Source of the DNA: Ignavibacteria bacterium | GTDB taxonomy: Bacteria > Bacteroidota > Ignavibacteria > Kapaibacteriales > UBA2268 | Length of the DNA stretch: 64,000 nt | Assembly: GCA_037445895.1 (NCBI GenBank) | Contig: JBBIJO010000010.1 | Span: 13,597 to 77,596 of the forward strand | Reading direction: 5' to 3' | Shown: one piece after another, positions 36,922 through 46,199 of the stretch | Position numbering within the stretch: position 1 is the first letter of the stretch | Layout: every line of letters begins with the position of its first letter | Translations under genes and position numbers: made by a program | Notes under the pieces: generated by a model | What the model saw: only the letters and a program-made list of their open reading frames with translations | The model's database searches: none | What the model was told of the DNA's origin: nothing

Positions 36922-39042
36922 TTAATATAATTTAGCGGCGACACTAAAAACAAAGTTTCGTGGTAATCCCGGTTCAATAAAATAAGGAAGATTCGAACCC
37001 TTTTCGATTATTGGATTAATGAATGCAGAGCCTACGTATTTGCTATCGGCAATATTATTAACCGAAAAAGAAAGCGAGATTTGCATAAAACTACCGACAT
37101 ACAATTGGTCGAACCAGACTTTTGCATTGAAGATATTATACGAAGGGACCTCGTATTTGTTTGCATCATCAGCAAAATATTTACCGACTCCTTGCATCGA
37201 AAACTCAAATTTTAGCAGAATCGGGAACGAAAGTGAAAGGTTATAAAAAAGATTTGGAATACCAGGAAGTTTATTATCCTTGAAATCTGCAAAAATTCCA
37301 GCTTTTGTTGGGTCATAGTAGCCTGAATCCACCTTGTAGTTTACGAAACGATGGCTTAGATATGTAAGCGAACCTTCGAGTTTCACGTATCTGTCGAAGT
37401 CTATTCGAACATTACTTTCGAGCCCGAGGCGTTCTGTTTTTCCTGCTGAAAAGTAGAACCTTCCTTCGCGATAGGGGACAAGCTCATTATTAACTGAAAT
37501 ATAATATGATGACAGCTCGAATTCAATGCTTTGCAAAATATTTCTTAAACCGATAAAGGATTTAACACCAAGTTCATAGGTTGTCGAAATGATTGGGTTG
37601 AGTAGTGGATTAATTTGATTGGGTAAAGGTTCTTCTGTCGGGGCTGGGTCGGTTTCGTTGCCAGCGGGAACTTCAATCCCTCCGCCGATATTTCCAAATA
37701 GCGAAACATTCTCGGCTACTCTGTAACTTAAAGCAAATTTAGGGGTTAAGCGGTTGAATTTTTTTGTATCGCTAATAGAATAGGCTAGATAATCTTGTGA
37801 ATAGTATGTAACATTATCGTAACGCAAACCGAGGATAAGACTAAGCCTATCGAATATGAACTCGTTTTGGATAAACGCTCCGAAGGTGCCTGCACCCTCT
37901 CGTTTGTCGGTTTGAAGATTGTTCGAACGGTTTGCATTTGAATCTAAAGCATAGAAAAGAATTGCACCATCTTGAGTAGTTTGGTCGAAACCTAAAAGTA
38001 GGACATTTTTGAAATGTGAAAAATCCAACTGGTTGCGATAGGTTAAGTTAGTTCCGAAGAAATATCGTGTGAAGTCGCGGAAAGTACCGCGTTCGGAACG
38101 TTGAAGATATTTAGAAGTAAGGAATGCAAGCCCTTGCAATGAATTATTTTCATCGAAGTTGTGTGTGATGGTAGTTGAAATTTGCCCAATTTTGTTGTGT
38201 CGGCGCTCTTTATTGCGTAGGTAGATAGGATATGCAGATTTGGGAAGTGAATCGAAAGCGACTTGTGTTATTGCCCCAGGAATGTGGAACAGATTATTAG
38301 CAAAGTTGATGTTCACAAGAAACGTTGTTTTTTTAGAAATGGGAGAGTTTAACCCAAAATTGAACAAAAGCTTTTCGGATTGAGAATTTTCGCGCCAACC
38401 GTCGAATTTCGACTGAAGTGAATTCAGATAGATGAGCCCTTTTTCGCCAATTTGAGATTGTAGTTTCAAAACGTTTTTTGCTAATCCCCAGTTTCCAGTT
38501 GTGAACGAGTACGTTGCTGAATTTTCTCGAATTTCGGGAACTGTCGAAAAACTAAGGACTCCTCCGGAAGCATTTCCCCAAAGCGCAGAAGCATTCGAAC
38601 GTAGAACTTCGATATTTTCTACAAAGGCAATATCGAAGAGATCGAGCGAGGTTCGACCATCGGGTTCAGTTTGTGGGACACCATCGAGGAGGAATCGTAA
38701 TCCGCGCACCGTTCCGGAATTGGAACGGTCGCCTGCACCCCGAGCGCCAAAGCCACGAATTATGATGCGTATATCTTGCGAGCCGTTTCTGGTTTGAACC
38801 AGAACTCCAGGGACACGTGCTAAAGGCTCTTCCAAAGATAATCCTCGAATTCCGATAAAGTTTTGTTTACTAAAATAGCTTACCGACAAAGGGACTTCGA
38901 GCATTGTTTCGGGATACCGCAAGGCAGCAACTACAACTTCTTTGAAATGGTATGAGCTTGTGTCGATTTTTTCGTAGGCAAAGTTAGATGAAAAGTTCAA
39001 AATAAAAATAAACAAGAAGAGGAAAATTTTAACCTTTCCCAT
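36922..39042 (-). CDS. TonB-dependent outer-membrane receptor
   Basis: 706 aa. It has a signal peptide, a plug region (VPGVLVQTRNGSQDIRIIIRGFGARG...LLDGVP), and a long beta-barrel-like C-terminus ending in an aromatic residue. Confidence 0.85.
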   Translation of the reverse strand: MGKVKIFLFLFIFILNFSSNFAYEKIDTSSYHFKEVVVAALRYPETMLEVPLSVSYFSKQNFIGIRGLSLEEPLARVPGVLVQTRNGSQDIRIIIRGFGARGAGDRSNSGTVRGLRFLLDGVPQTEPDGRTSLDLFDIAFVENIEVLRSNASALWGNASGGVLSFSTVPEIRENSATYSFTTGNWGLAKNVLKLQSQIGEKGLIYLNSLQSKFDGWRENSQSEKLLFNFGLNSPISKKTTFLVNINFANNLFHIPGAITQVAFDSLPKSAYPIYLRNKERRHNKIGQISTTITHNFDENNSLQGLAFLTSKYLQRSERGTFRDFTRYFFGTNLTYRNQLDFSHFKNVLLLGFDQTTQDGAILFYALDSNANRSNNLQTDKREGAGTFGAFIQNEFIFDRLSLILGLRYDNVTYYSQDYLAYSISDTKKFNRLTPKFALSYRVAENVSLFGNIGGGIEVPAGNETDPAPTEEPLPNQINPLLNPIISTTYELGVKSFIGLRNILQSIEFELSSYYISVNNELVPYREGRFYFSAGKTERLGLESNVRIDFDRYVKLEGSLTYLSHRFVNYKVDSGYYDPTKAGIFADFKDNKLPGIPNLFYNLSLSFPILLKFEFSMQGVGKYFADDANKYEVPSYNIFNAKVWFDQLYVGSFMQISLSFSVNNIADSKYVGSAFINPIIEKGSNLPYFIEPGLPRNFVFSVAAKLY

Positions 39043-39071
39043 AAGACGATTTCCTAAAATTGATAAACGAT

Positions 39072-39383
39072 TTATTTTTTTGGAATTTCGACTGGCGCAA
39101 CCGGGGGTTTCGCACCTTGTGTAACAGGTTTGACGGTTTCTTCGCTGGAACTACGAATAAGAAATTTATTTGCAAAAAGCGCAAGCAGTAGAATTGCAAT
39201 AATTAACCCACGGGTTAGTTTTTGAAGGAAGTCCATTGTTCGTTGGGTTCCGAACATTGTTCCAAATTGCGTTGTAAGCCCGCCGAAGGTTGGGGAAAGA
39301 TCTCCTTTCCCGGGTTGGAGCAAAATAACGCCAATCAGCAAAATAGCCCCAAGTATCATTATTATAGAAATCAATGTAAACAT
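39072..39383 (-). CDS. secG: preprotein translocase subunit SecG
   Basis: From MFTLISIIMILGAILLIGVILLQPGKGDL...FGG. The upstream extension in the ORF track (to 39482) covers a likely promoter box. Confidence 0.85.
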   Translation of the reverse strand: MFTLISIIMILGAILLIGVILLQPGKGDLSPTFGGLTTQFGTMFGTQRTMDFLQKLTRGLIIAILLLALFANKFLIRSSSEETVKPVTQGAKPPVAPVEIPKK

Positions 39384-39413
39384 AACTTTACAACTCGATA
39401 ATTTATAGAGATA

Positions 39414-39421
39414 CAAAAATA
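39414..39421 (-). promoter_or_regulatory. putative -7 box TATTTTTG upstream of secG
   Basis: The plus strand reads caaaaata, which is TATTTTTG on the minus strand. It lies 30 nt upstream of the ATG at 39383. Confidence 0.4.
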
Positions 39422-39503
39422 AGAAAAAAAAAGCAAGAAACAAAAAACTTAATTGATTTAGATTTACTTTCGAGATAATCACGGTATTTTAGGAAGAAGG
39501 GAT

Positions 39504-40283
39504 TTATACTTTTTTTGCTAAATATTTGTCCTGATCTGTAAGTGGAAGCGAAGAAATTAGTTTCGAACGGACTACCGAAGGAATTTCGCCGACGAGAATA
39601 GCCATCGTTCCGTCGAGAATCATTTGCATAATTTCCATTTCCTCCTGGTGAAGAATTCGAAGTTTATCCCCAATAGGTAGCCAAAGCAAATTCGCAAGTA
39701 TGATACCCCACATAGTTGCAATAAAAGCTGTTGCAATGTGTTGTATTAGGACCGTAGGATCGCTACCGGCAGAAGCCAAAGTAGCAATTAGACCCATCAC
39801 AGTTCCGATTATTCCCATTGTAGGTGAATATCCTCCTAATTTTTGAAAAAGTGTGATGTTTGCATTGTGGCGTTCGGTAATATACGAAATTTCGGTTTCT
39901 GCCATTTTTTGCAGGTTCTGTGGGTCAGTTCCATCAATTACCAATGAGAACATACGACGCATATAGGGATGTTTGACTTCGTCCAGCCGTTTTTCGAGAG
40001 CAAGAAGTCCTTCTTTTCTAGCAAAAACAGAGAAATCGATAAATTGCTCGATTAATTCAAGTTTGTCATACTTGGCGGGGAACAACGCAATATAAATCAA
40101 TTTTGGAATTCTCGACATTACTTCGACCGATGTTCCTGCAAATCCTGCGGCAAGTGTTCCTCCAACAACAATTAAAAGGGCGGGCCACATAAAGATGGAA
40201 CTCAACGAGCCACTTTCCCAAATAAAAGCTCCAAATATTGCTATAAAGCCGAAGAGAATTGCAAAACCGCTCGAAAATCTCAT
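39504..40283 (-). CDS. motA: flagellar motor stator protein MotA/PomA
   Basis: 259 aa. Two TM helices, a ~100-aa cytoplasmic loop, then two more TM helices (GGYSPTMGIIGTVMGLI, FIATMWGIILANLLWLP) and a C-terminal tail. It lies 12 nt after flgL. Confidence 0.85.
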   Translation of the reverse strand: MRFSSGFAILFGFIAIFGAFIWESGSLSSIFMWPALLIVVGGTLAAGFAGTSVEVMSRIPKLIYIALFPAKYDKLELIEQFIDFSVFARKEGLLALEKRLDEVKHPYMRRMFSLVIDGTDPQNLQKMAETEISYITERHNANITLFQKLGGYSPTMGIIGTVMGLIATLASAGSDPTVLIQHIATAFIATMWGIILANLLWLPIGDKLRILHQEEMEIMQMILDGTMAILVGEIPSVVRSKLISSLPLTDQDKYLAKKV

Positions 40284-40295
40284 ACCGAAACCAAA

Positions 40296-41291
40296 CTATC
40301 TAAGGAAATCGAATAGAGAGGTTTGGGTTAAACGGGCTCCAACTTGCAAAGCAAACTGCAATGCGGTCTGATCTTTCATCAGTTCCAAACTTGTTGCAGA
40401 ATAGTCGGTATCGGCAACTTTCGATTTTAAAGCCTCGAAATTAGTAATTAAAGCATTAGTTTGGTCGCTTTGGGTTTCTAGCCGATTCAAGAGCGAGCCG
40501 TTCTTTGAGTTCATTGCAACAACCCTTTCGTAGATTTCTCCAAATTTCTTTTGCAATTCATTTAATTTAACTAAATCATCTTGATTGAACAAATCGTTTG
40601 CGCCGCGTAGATTGCCATCCTTGTTGTAAGAAAGTAGATTATATAGTTCTACGATTGTATTTAATGCGCTGGCAGTTGCATCTCCAAATAAATCATTTGC
40701 AGTTGTATTTATTATCTCCGAAGAGACTTTGCTTGTATTGATAATTGTTCGGTTGTTATTCCCTTTGAAAACAACTTGGAGTCCCGAAGGATTATCGGTT
40801 GAAGGATTTCCTTTGATTATTTCAAAAGGTAGTTTATTCGTTGAGCCTTGAGGTTGCTGAACGGAATCGGGAGTGGTTAATGTTCCCGAGAAAATGAATT
40901 GGCCATTGAAATCGTTGTTCAAACTTCTGATAATATCGTCGAGTATCCCGCGAATTGCATTTCCGATAGTAGAAACGTCGTGGCTCGTTCCCGATTTGGT
41001 CGCATCGATTGCATATCCTCGGAGTTGTTGAATATTATTTGCAATCGAGTCAATAGTTTCGGTTGTGTGTTGAACGAATTCAATCGAATAGTTGATATTA
41101 TTTTTATATTGTTGTTGTAAGTCCAGCAAATTCTCGAGGCGCTTTTTTGCAGCAAGTGCATTTGGCGATTCCGAAATATCGACAATTTGTTTACCCGTTG
41201 CAAGACGTACTTCGTTGAGGTATTTTCTGCTTTGAATATCTTCGATTGCAGATTGAATAGGAGCATATTTAGAAAATTGTGTAACCCTCAT
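40296..41291 (-). CDS. flgL: flagellar hook-associated protein 3 FlgL
   Basis: From MRVTQFSKYAPIQSAIEDIQ. Flagellin-like N- and C-termini (...LQFALQVGARLTQTSLFDFLR). The ATG lies 1 nt after the flgK stop. Confidence 0.85.
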   Translation of the reverse strand: MRVTQFSKYAPIQSAIEDIQSRKYLNEVRLATGKQIVDISESPNALAAKKRLENLLDLQQQYKNNINYSIEFVQHTTETIDSIANNIQQLRGYAIDATKSGTSHDVSTIGNAIRGILDDIIRSLNNDFNGQFIFSGTLTTPDSVQQPQGSTNKLPFEIIKGNPSTDNPSGLQVVFKGNNNRTIINTSKVSSEIINTTANDLFGDATASALNTIVELYNLLSYNKDGNLRGANDLFNQDDLVKLNELQKKFGEIYERVVAMNSKNGSLLNRLETQSDQTNALITNFEALKSKVADTDYSATSLELMKDQTALQFALQVGARLTQTSLFDFLR

Positions 41292-41292
41292 A

Positions 41293-42732
41293 TTACCTAC
41301 CAAGATTAATTAATGTTGCGAGTAAATCATTAGTTGTCGAAACGACACGGCTTGCTGCCTCGAAAGCTTTTTGATACTTAATTAAGTTAATTGCTTCTTC
41401 GTCTAAATTAACTCCAATTAGCGATTCACGTTGGCTCAATAATTGTTCATTAGCTGTTTTAGAAGTTGTATAGAAGGAAGAAACTTCATTGCCATAGTTT
41501 CCAATTTGTGCGATTAAGTTGGTTAAATATTCGTTTGGGGTTTGATTCTGCAAAAAGCTTGTATCGGTTGAAATACCTGAAATCTGTCGTGCTATCGTAG
41601 AATCGCCAACTTCCCCGGGATTTGCCGATATTGGAAGAAGGCGAACATCATTAGCAATTGACGAATTTATTTCGGTAGTTGCGATAGTAATTTGAGTGCC
41701 AACTGTAAAGAAGCTTCTTCCCGGCGGGGGAGGGGTGGTATCGGTAAGCCCATATCCTTGATTAGTGAAATTATTAATTTTTTGAACCAAAGTCGAGAAA
41801 AACGTTTCTAAATTTGTTGCTGGCGAAAACCCACCGCTGGAATCCTTTGCGTCGAATGTTGTGTTGAAATGCTTTAAAAAGCTTGCTATTTTTCCATTTT
41901 GTGTGTTAACGGTTGCAAGTTCTCTTCCTTTTGTATCGACTTTGAGCAAGGTTATACTTCTTTCGCTAGTTTGCGAATCTATGTTTTCTTTGACTTTCAA
42001 TTGTGAATAGTTCGAGCCGGTTACAAGATTTATTCCGTTTGTGAATACGTTCAAAGTTCCAAAATCTCCATTTGTAACGTTTACATCTACTAATTTACTT
42101 AATGCCTCTATTTTGGTTGTTCTTTGGTCGATTAGTGTTTGTTTGTCCCCTTCGAGCTTGGAGTTTGTCGAAGCAATTTTAAAATTTAAATCTGCAATTT
42201 CGCGAATTAATTGATTTGCTTCGCCAACACTCGAATGAATATCGTTCGCAATCTCGTTGCGTGTTTCTTCGAATTGTTGAGAGATCTCTTTAAATCGTGT
42301 AAGCATTGTTTGCCCCAAGGTTGTAGTTCGCTGGCGCAATGCTAAATCCGTTGGGTTTTGCGATAAATCTTCGAATGAATTCAAAAACTGAGTTATTGTA
42401 TTGTTCAAAGAATTTTCACTTGGTTCGCCAAAAATCATAGAAAGACGTTGGACCATAGTGTTGTCTGTTTCGAGTGTGGAAAGATAGGAAAAGCTTCGAC
42501 GAATCTGTTTATCGAAAAACTCCTCGCGGAAAGTTCGAAGTTTACTAACAAGAACACCAGTTCCGACAAACCCATTACTCGAAGGTAAAGGCTCTCCTTC
42601 TCTCAACTCTGGCACACGCCGAGAATACCCAGGAGTATTGACATTTGCAATATTACCGCTTGTTGCATCGAGCCCCAATCTTTGAGCAATTAGTGCCCGT
42701 TTAGCTATTTCTAATGAAGGAGACACACCCAT
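41293..42732 (-). CDS. flgK: flagellar hook-associated protein 1 FlgK
   Basis: 479 aa. LDATSGNIANVNTPGYSRR at the N-terminus and NLIKYQKAFEAASRVVSTTNDLLATLINL at the C-terminus. Confidence 0.9.
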   Translation of the reverse strand: MGVSPSLEIAKRALIAQRLGLDATSGNIANVNTPGYSRRVPELREGEPLPSSNGFVGTGVLVSKLRTFREEFFDKQIRRSFSYLSTLETDNTMVQRLSMIFGEPSENSLNNTITQFLNSFEDLSQNPTDLALRQRTTTLGQTMLTRFKEISQQFEETRNEIANDIHSSVGEANQLIREIADLNFKIASTNSKLEGDKQTLIDQRTTKIEALSKLVDVNVTNGDFGTLNVFTNGINLVTGSNYSQLKVKENIDSQTSERSITLLKVDTKGRELATVNTQNGKIASFLKHFNTTFDAKDSSGGFSPATNLETFFSTLVQKINNFTNQGYGLTDTTPPPPGRSFFTVGTQITIATTEINSSIANDVRLLPISANPGEVGDSTIARQISGISTDTSFLQNQTPNEYLTNLIAQIGNYGNEVSSFYTTSKTANEQLLSQRESLIGVNLDEEAINLIKYQKAFEAASRVVSTTNDLLATLINLGR

Positions 42733-42758
42733 ATCGAGAACTTACCTTCCTCTAAGCT

Positions 42759-43094
42759 TTACTGTTTTTCAATTAATTCGTTGATTTTTTCCGCTTGGAC
42801 AATTAAATCGCCTACCGATACCATCCGCATCTTATTTATCATCGAAAGATAATGTTTGCATTGTTCGAGTGATTCTTTGGCTATTGCTAAATTCCTTTTC
42901 CTTTCGATAGGCTGATTTTGAACTAGGCTTTGTTTGAGTTTTTCGGGGAAACCTTGCATACAATCGGCAATCAAGTATCGGAAATTGTAAATATCGCCAT
43001 TGAGCTTCGAAGCAAATTCGTCCAACGAAAGAATAAAGTTATTAATTTTTTCTTGTAAGTTCTCTTGTGCCTTTCCTAAAGATATTTTCTCCAT
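42759..43094 (-). CDS. hypothetical all-helical protein between flgN and flgK
   Basis: 111 aa. The sequence pattern predicts an all-helical protein. There is no FlgM signature. It is tightly packed in the operon. Confidence 0.55.
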   Translation of the reverse strand: MEKISLGKAQENLQEKINNFILSLDEFASKLNGDIYNFRYLIADCMQGFPEKLKQSLVQNQPIERKRNLAIAKESLEQCKHYLSMINKMRMVSVGDLIVQAEKINELIEKQ

Positions 43095-43115
43095 AAATCT
43101 AACCTTATTGCAAAA

Positions 43116-43547
43116 TTATATTTTGACATCACAAACAGAATTATCGACGTTGGAAAGTGTTGAAAGTATTTCGTGAATTCCGTTGAATGCACGATTTGCA
43201 AGAAGTTTATTCAAAGAGTTAACAGACGCAAGTGTTTCTATTAAATCGCGCAATCGGCTCCGTTTCGTTTCCCAATCGGCGGGTAATTCTGTGGCGAAGT
43301 TGTTCAAATCAGATAATTTCAAGCCAAAAGCTTCCTTTTTCGATAATTTCAGTTCCTTCATCAATAGATTCATTCGTTCCTCTTCGTAGTTTTTCATTTC
43401 GCGAGTTAATTCATTCAACTTTTGTGTATATCTTTCGACTGCCAATACATCGTAGCGAACAAGAGCCAACTTTTGTTCTTCGGCAATTTCGACCATCTTT
43501 TTCAACGCCTCTTCTTCGCGCGATAATAAATCAAACAGAGATTTCAT
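43116..43547 (-). CDS. flgN: FlgN-family flagellar chaperone
   Basis: 143 aa. LLSREEEALKKMVEIAEEQKLALVRYDVLAVERYTQKLNELTREM fits the FlgN helical pattern. It overlaps flgJ as ATGA and lies upstream of flgK and flgL. Confidence 0.65.
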   Translation of the reverse strand: MKSLFDLLSREEEALKKMVEIAEEQKLALVRYDVLAVERYTQKLNELTREMKNYEEERMNLLMKELKLSKKEAFGLKLSDLNNFATELPADWETKRSRLRDLIETLASVNSLNKLLANRAFNGIHEILSTLSNVDNSVCDVKI

Positions 43548-44455
43548 TTGTTCACCACTTTATTAGTTTGACTGTTGTTAGTGAAGTGACTAGTGTATCG
43601 CTTTACCCGTTGAACATAGTTTTGTGTTTCTCGGAACGGAGGAATTCCATTGTATTTCAATACATTTCCGGGTCCGGCGTTGTATGCAGCGAGAGCTAAA
43701 TCCAAATTCCCACCAAACATATCGAGCATTTCGCGTAGATATTTTGCTCCTCCGTGGATATTTTCTTGTGGATTAAATACATTTTTTATTCCAACATAAC
43801 TTGCTGTAGAATCAATAAGTTGCATCAAACCTTTGGCGCCTGCATTGGAAATGGCATTAGGATTCCCGGCAGATTCGACAGCAATTATCCCTTGGATCAG
43901 GCTTTGTGGCAAATTAAATTTTTCTGATGCTTCGTTTACCCAGTCATCAAATTGAGAAATTTTTTCAAATAATTTATTCAAAGTCCTATTGTATGGATTG
44001 TCTCCGATTGTGCTTATTTCACTTTTAGGTTTATTATTGATTGCCGGGTTAGTTGTAGACCTTTTCGTCTGCGACTTTGGTTCGATTTTATTTTCCAAAT
44101 CTACTTTCAATTTTTCCCCAGTTAACTGTTCATAAATTTTACCTGCAATTCCTATACCAATTCCAGTTTTTGAAATTTGCGATGAAAGTTCAAGATATCC
44201 AAGATCGTCGAAGGTATCCCCTCCGAAGTCCGATAGATTGTTGTTTTCGCTGTCTTTATCGAGCATTGCTTTCCGCATTTCTTTAAAAATCAGATATATA
44301 AAAAGGGATTCGAAATCGCGAGCTGCTTTTTCTGCTTTCTTTTTTTCATCGGGTGATAGAATAGTACCTTTTAGCGATGGCTTAACTCTTGTCGTCTCTT
44401 CAACCTTTGCCTCGAACACCGATTTAGCTTTGGTAAATGTTTCTATTGTGTTCAT
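43544..44455 (-). CDS. flgJ: FlgJ-like rod-binding protein fused to a lytic transglycosylase (SLT) domain
   Basis: N-terminal AARDFESLFIYLIFKEMRKAM is a rod-binding motif. C-terminal IIAVESAGNPNAIS..GAKGLMQL...AAYNAGPGNV is an SLT family-1 signature. Confidence 0.8.
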   Translation of the reverse strand: MNTIETFTKAKSVFEAKVEETTRVKPSLKGTILSPDEKKKAEKAARDFESLFIYLIFKEMRKAMLDKDSENNNLSDFGGDTFDDLGYLELSSQISKTGIGIGIAGKIYEQLTGEKLKVDLENKIEPKSQTKRSTTNPAINNKPKSEISTIGDNPYNRTLNKLFEKISQFDDWVNEASEKFNLPQSLIQGIIAVESAGNPNAISNAGAKGLMQLIDSTASYVGIKNVFNPQENIHGGAKYLREMLDMFGGNLDLALAAYNAGPGNVLKYNGIPPFRETQNYVQRVKRYTSHFTNNSQTNKVVNK

Positions 44456-44504
44456 AGATTATTTTGTCGAATATTCCATAGTCTAGTTTAGATTAAGCAT
44501 TTCT

Positions 44505-45617
44505 TTATTGAATGATTAACTCAGCTTGTAAAGCACCACTTTCTTTTAAAGCCTGGAAAATACTTATCATATCTCTTGGTGTAACATTCAGTAAATTCAA
44601 GGCATTAGCAATGTCTTGGACAGTCGGTTTACTTAAATCTAAAATTTGAGGTTTAGAAAACTGTTCACGAGTAACAATCTTCATAATTGAATCTAATGTT
44701 AACCCACGGTTTAGATACAATGCAATGATTGGTTGCGACGGGAAAACGATTTCCTTTTGTACAGAAATTTCTAAGCCACCTTGTGCAACAACAACTGGAA
44801 GAATTTCGACATTTCCTCCAACAACAACCGTCCCTGTTCGCTCATTGATTACTACTCGGGCAGGAGTGTCTTTTGTAACTTCGGCAAGTTCGATTTGTGA
44901 AATTGTTCCCATCATCTCTTGTTGGTTAATTCCAGTAGGTAGATTGACTTGGACTGTTGTTGCATCGATTGCGGTAGCGGAATTTGCTAATTTTGGCAAA
45001 CGATTAATTGATTCAGCAACCCGAAAAGATGTAGTAAAGTCAGGCTCGTTTAGAATTATGCGAATTTGCTGATTATCTGTGAATTTCCCTTCGATGTCTT
45101 TTTCCAGAACTAATCCGTTGGGAACACGACCACTTGTTACGAAATTCTTCGCAACTCTTGTCCCCATAGCCGAGAACTCATATCCACCAACTGATAGGGG
45201 ACCTTGTGCAAATCCGACGATTGTTCCATCGGGAAGCGATAATGGAGTCATCAACAAAACGCCTCCTTGCAATGTAGTGGCATCGCCAATCGAAGATACT
45301 ACGACATCTATTTTCCCTCCCTTTTTGCTAAAAGTCGGAATCGTTGCCGTTACCATTACAGCTGCGACGTTTCGTATCCTTGGATTAGTTTGTGGAACTG
45401 TTAGCCCAAACCTTTTAAGCATATTGATTACCGATTGAATCGTGTAGCTCGACAATTGATTGTCGCCAGTATTATTGAGTCCAGTAACCAATCCATAGCC
45501 AATTGCTTGGACTCCGGTAGATCCTTCGATGCGCGCAATATCTTTTATTCGCGCTCCGTAAAGCGAATAAATGGAAGCTATAATCACAAAGACTAATAAT
45601 GAATTTTTCATTTTCAA
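44505..45617 (-). CDS. flgI: flagellar P-ring protein FlgI
   Basis: 370 aa. It has a signal peptide. RIKDIARIEG....IGYGLVTGLNNTGD is the FlgI signature. Confidence 0.92.
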   Translation of the reverse strand: MKMKNSLLVFVIIASIYSLYGARIKDIARIEGSTGVQAIGYGLVTGLNNTGDNQLSSYTIQSVINMLKRFGLTVPQTNPRIRNVAAVMVTATIPTFSKKGGKIDVVVSSIGDATTLQGGVLLMTPLSLPDGTIVGFAQGPLSVGGYEFSAMGTRVAKNFVTSGRVPNGLVLEKDIEGKFTDNQQIRIILNEPDFTTSFRVAESINRLPKLANSATAIDATTVQVNLPTGINQQEMMGTISQIELAEVTKDTPARVVINERTGTVVVGGNVEILPVVVAQGGLEISVQKEIVFPSQPIIALYLNRGLTLDSIMKIVTREQFSKPQILDLSKPTVQDIANALNLLNVTPRDMISIFQALKESGALQAELIIQ

Positions 45618-46186
45618 AACAATATTCTTAAAAATCTTGTAATTAAACCAGGTTCTTGAATTTTGCTGACGGTGCCATCGCCTTCAATGAGCAATGTCAA
45701 ATCCAAAATATTGTATGAATAAACAGAATTGTTCGGCAGAACATCCACAGAGCGAACAGTTCCACTTATTGTTATTGTTTGGGTTTCACCATTAATTTTG
45801 GTAGTTCGTTTGCCTTCGATAAAGAGGTTGCCCGCTTCGTCGATTTTTGTAACGCGTGCGCTTATTCTTGAACGTATATTCTCTCTTCTAGTGGTTTGCC
45901 CTGAACCAGAATGGGAGTTTGAGGTCGAAAGGTCCGCACCAGCGTCAAAATTCGAAGAATTTGCATTTGCACCAACAGTGCCTCCAATACTCGTTGAACG
46001 ACTATCTTTCGTTACTGCGCTATTGTCTGCTTGGGTTTCTTCGACTATCAATACCGTTACTGCATCGCCTACTTTGAATGCTTTGACATCGGAGAAAAGC
46101 GAACGAGATGTGTTTTGTATGAATTGTGCAAAAGAAAGATTTACCCCTATCAAACAAAACAGAATAACTAAGCTAAGGTAACGCAT
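45614..46186 (-). CDS. flgH: flagellar L-ring lipoprotein FlgH
   Basis: From MRYLSLVILFCLIGV (ATG 46186, GAGAGGA SD site). SLFSDVKAFKVGDAVTVLIVE is the FlgH signature. Confidence 0.9.
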   Translation of the reverse strand: MRYLSLVILFCLIGVNLSFAQFIQNTSRSLFSDVKAFKVGDAVTVLIVEETQADNSAVTKDSRSTSIGGTVGANANSSNFDAGADLSTSNSHSGSGQTTRRENIRSRISARVTKIDEAGNLFIEGKRTTKINGETQTITISGTVRSVDVLPNNSVYSYNILDLTLLIEGDGTVSKIQEPGLITRFLRILF

Positions 46187-46199
46187 ATTTTCCTCTCTT

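Noticed and set aside
42759-43094. The 111-aa helical protein as an Avd-like accessory protein of a diversity-generating retroelement.
   Set aside because: There is no reverse transcriptase and no template/variable repeat pair anywhere in the window. The similarity to the four-helix-bundle family is weak.
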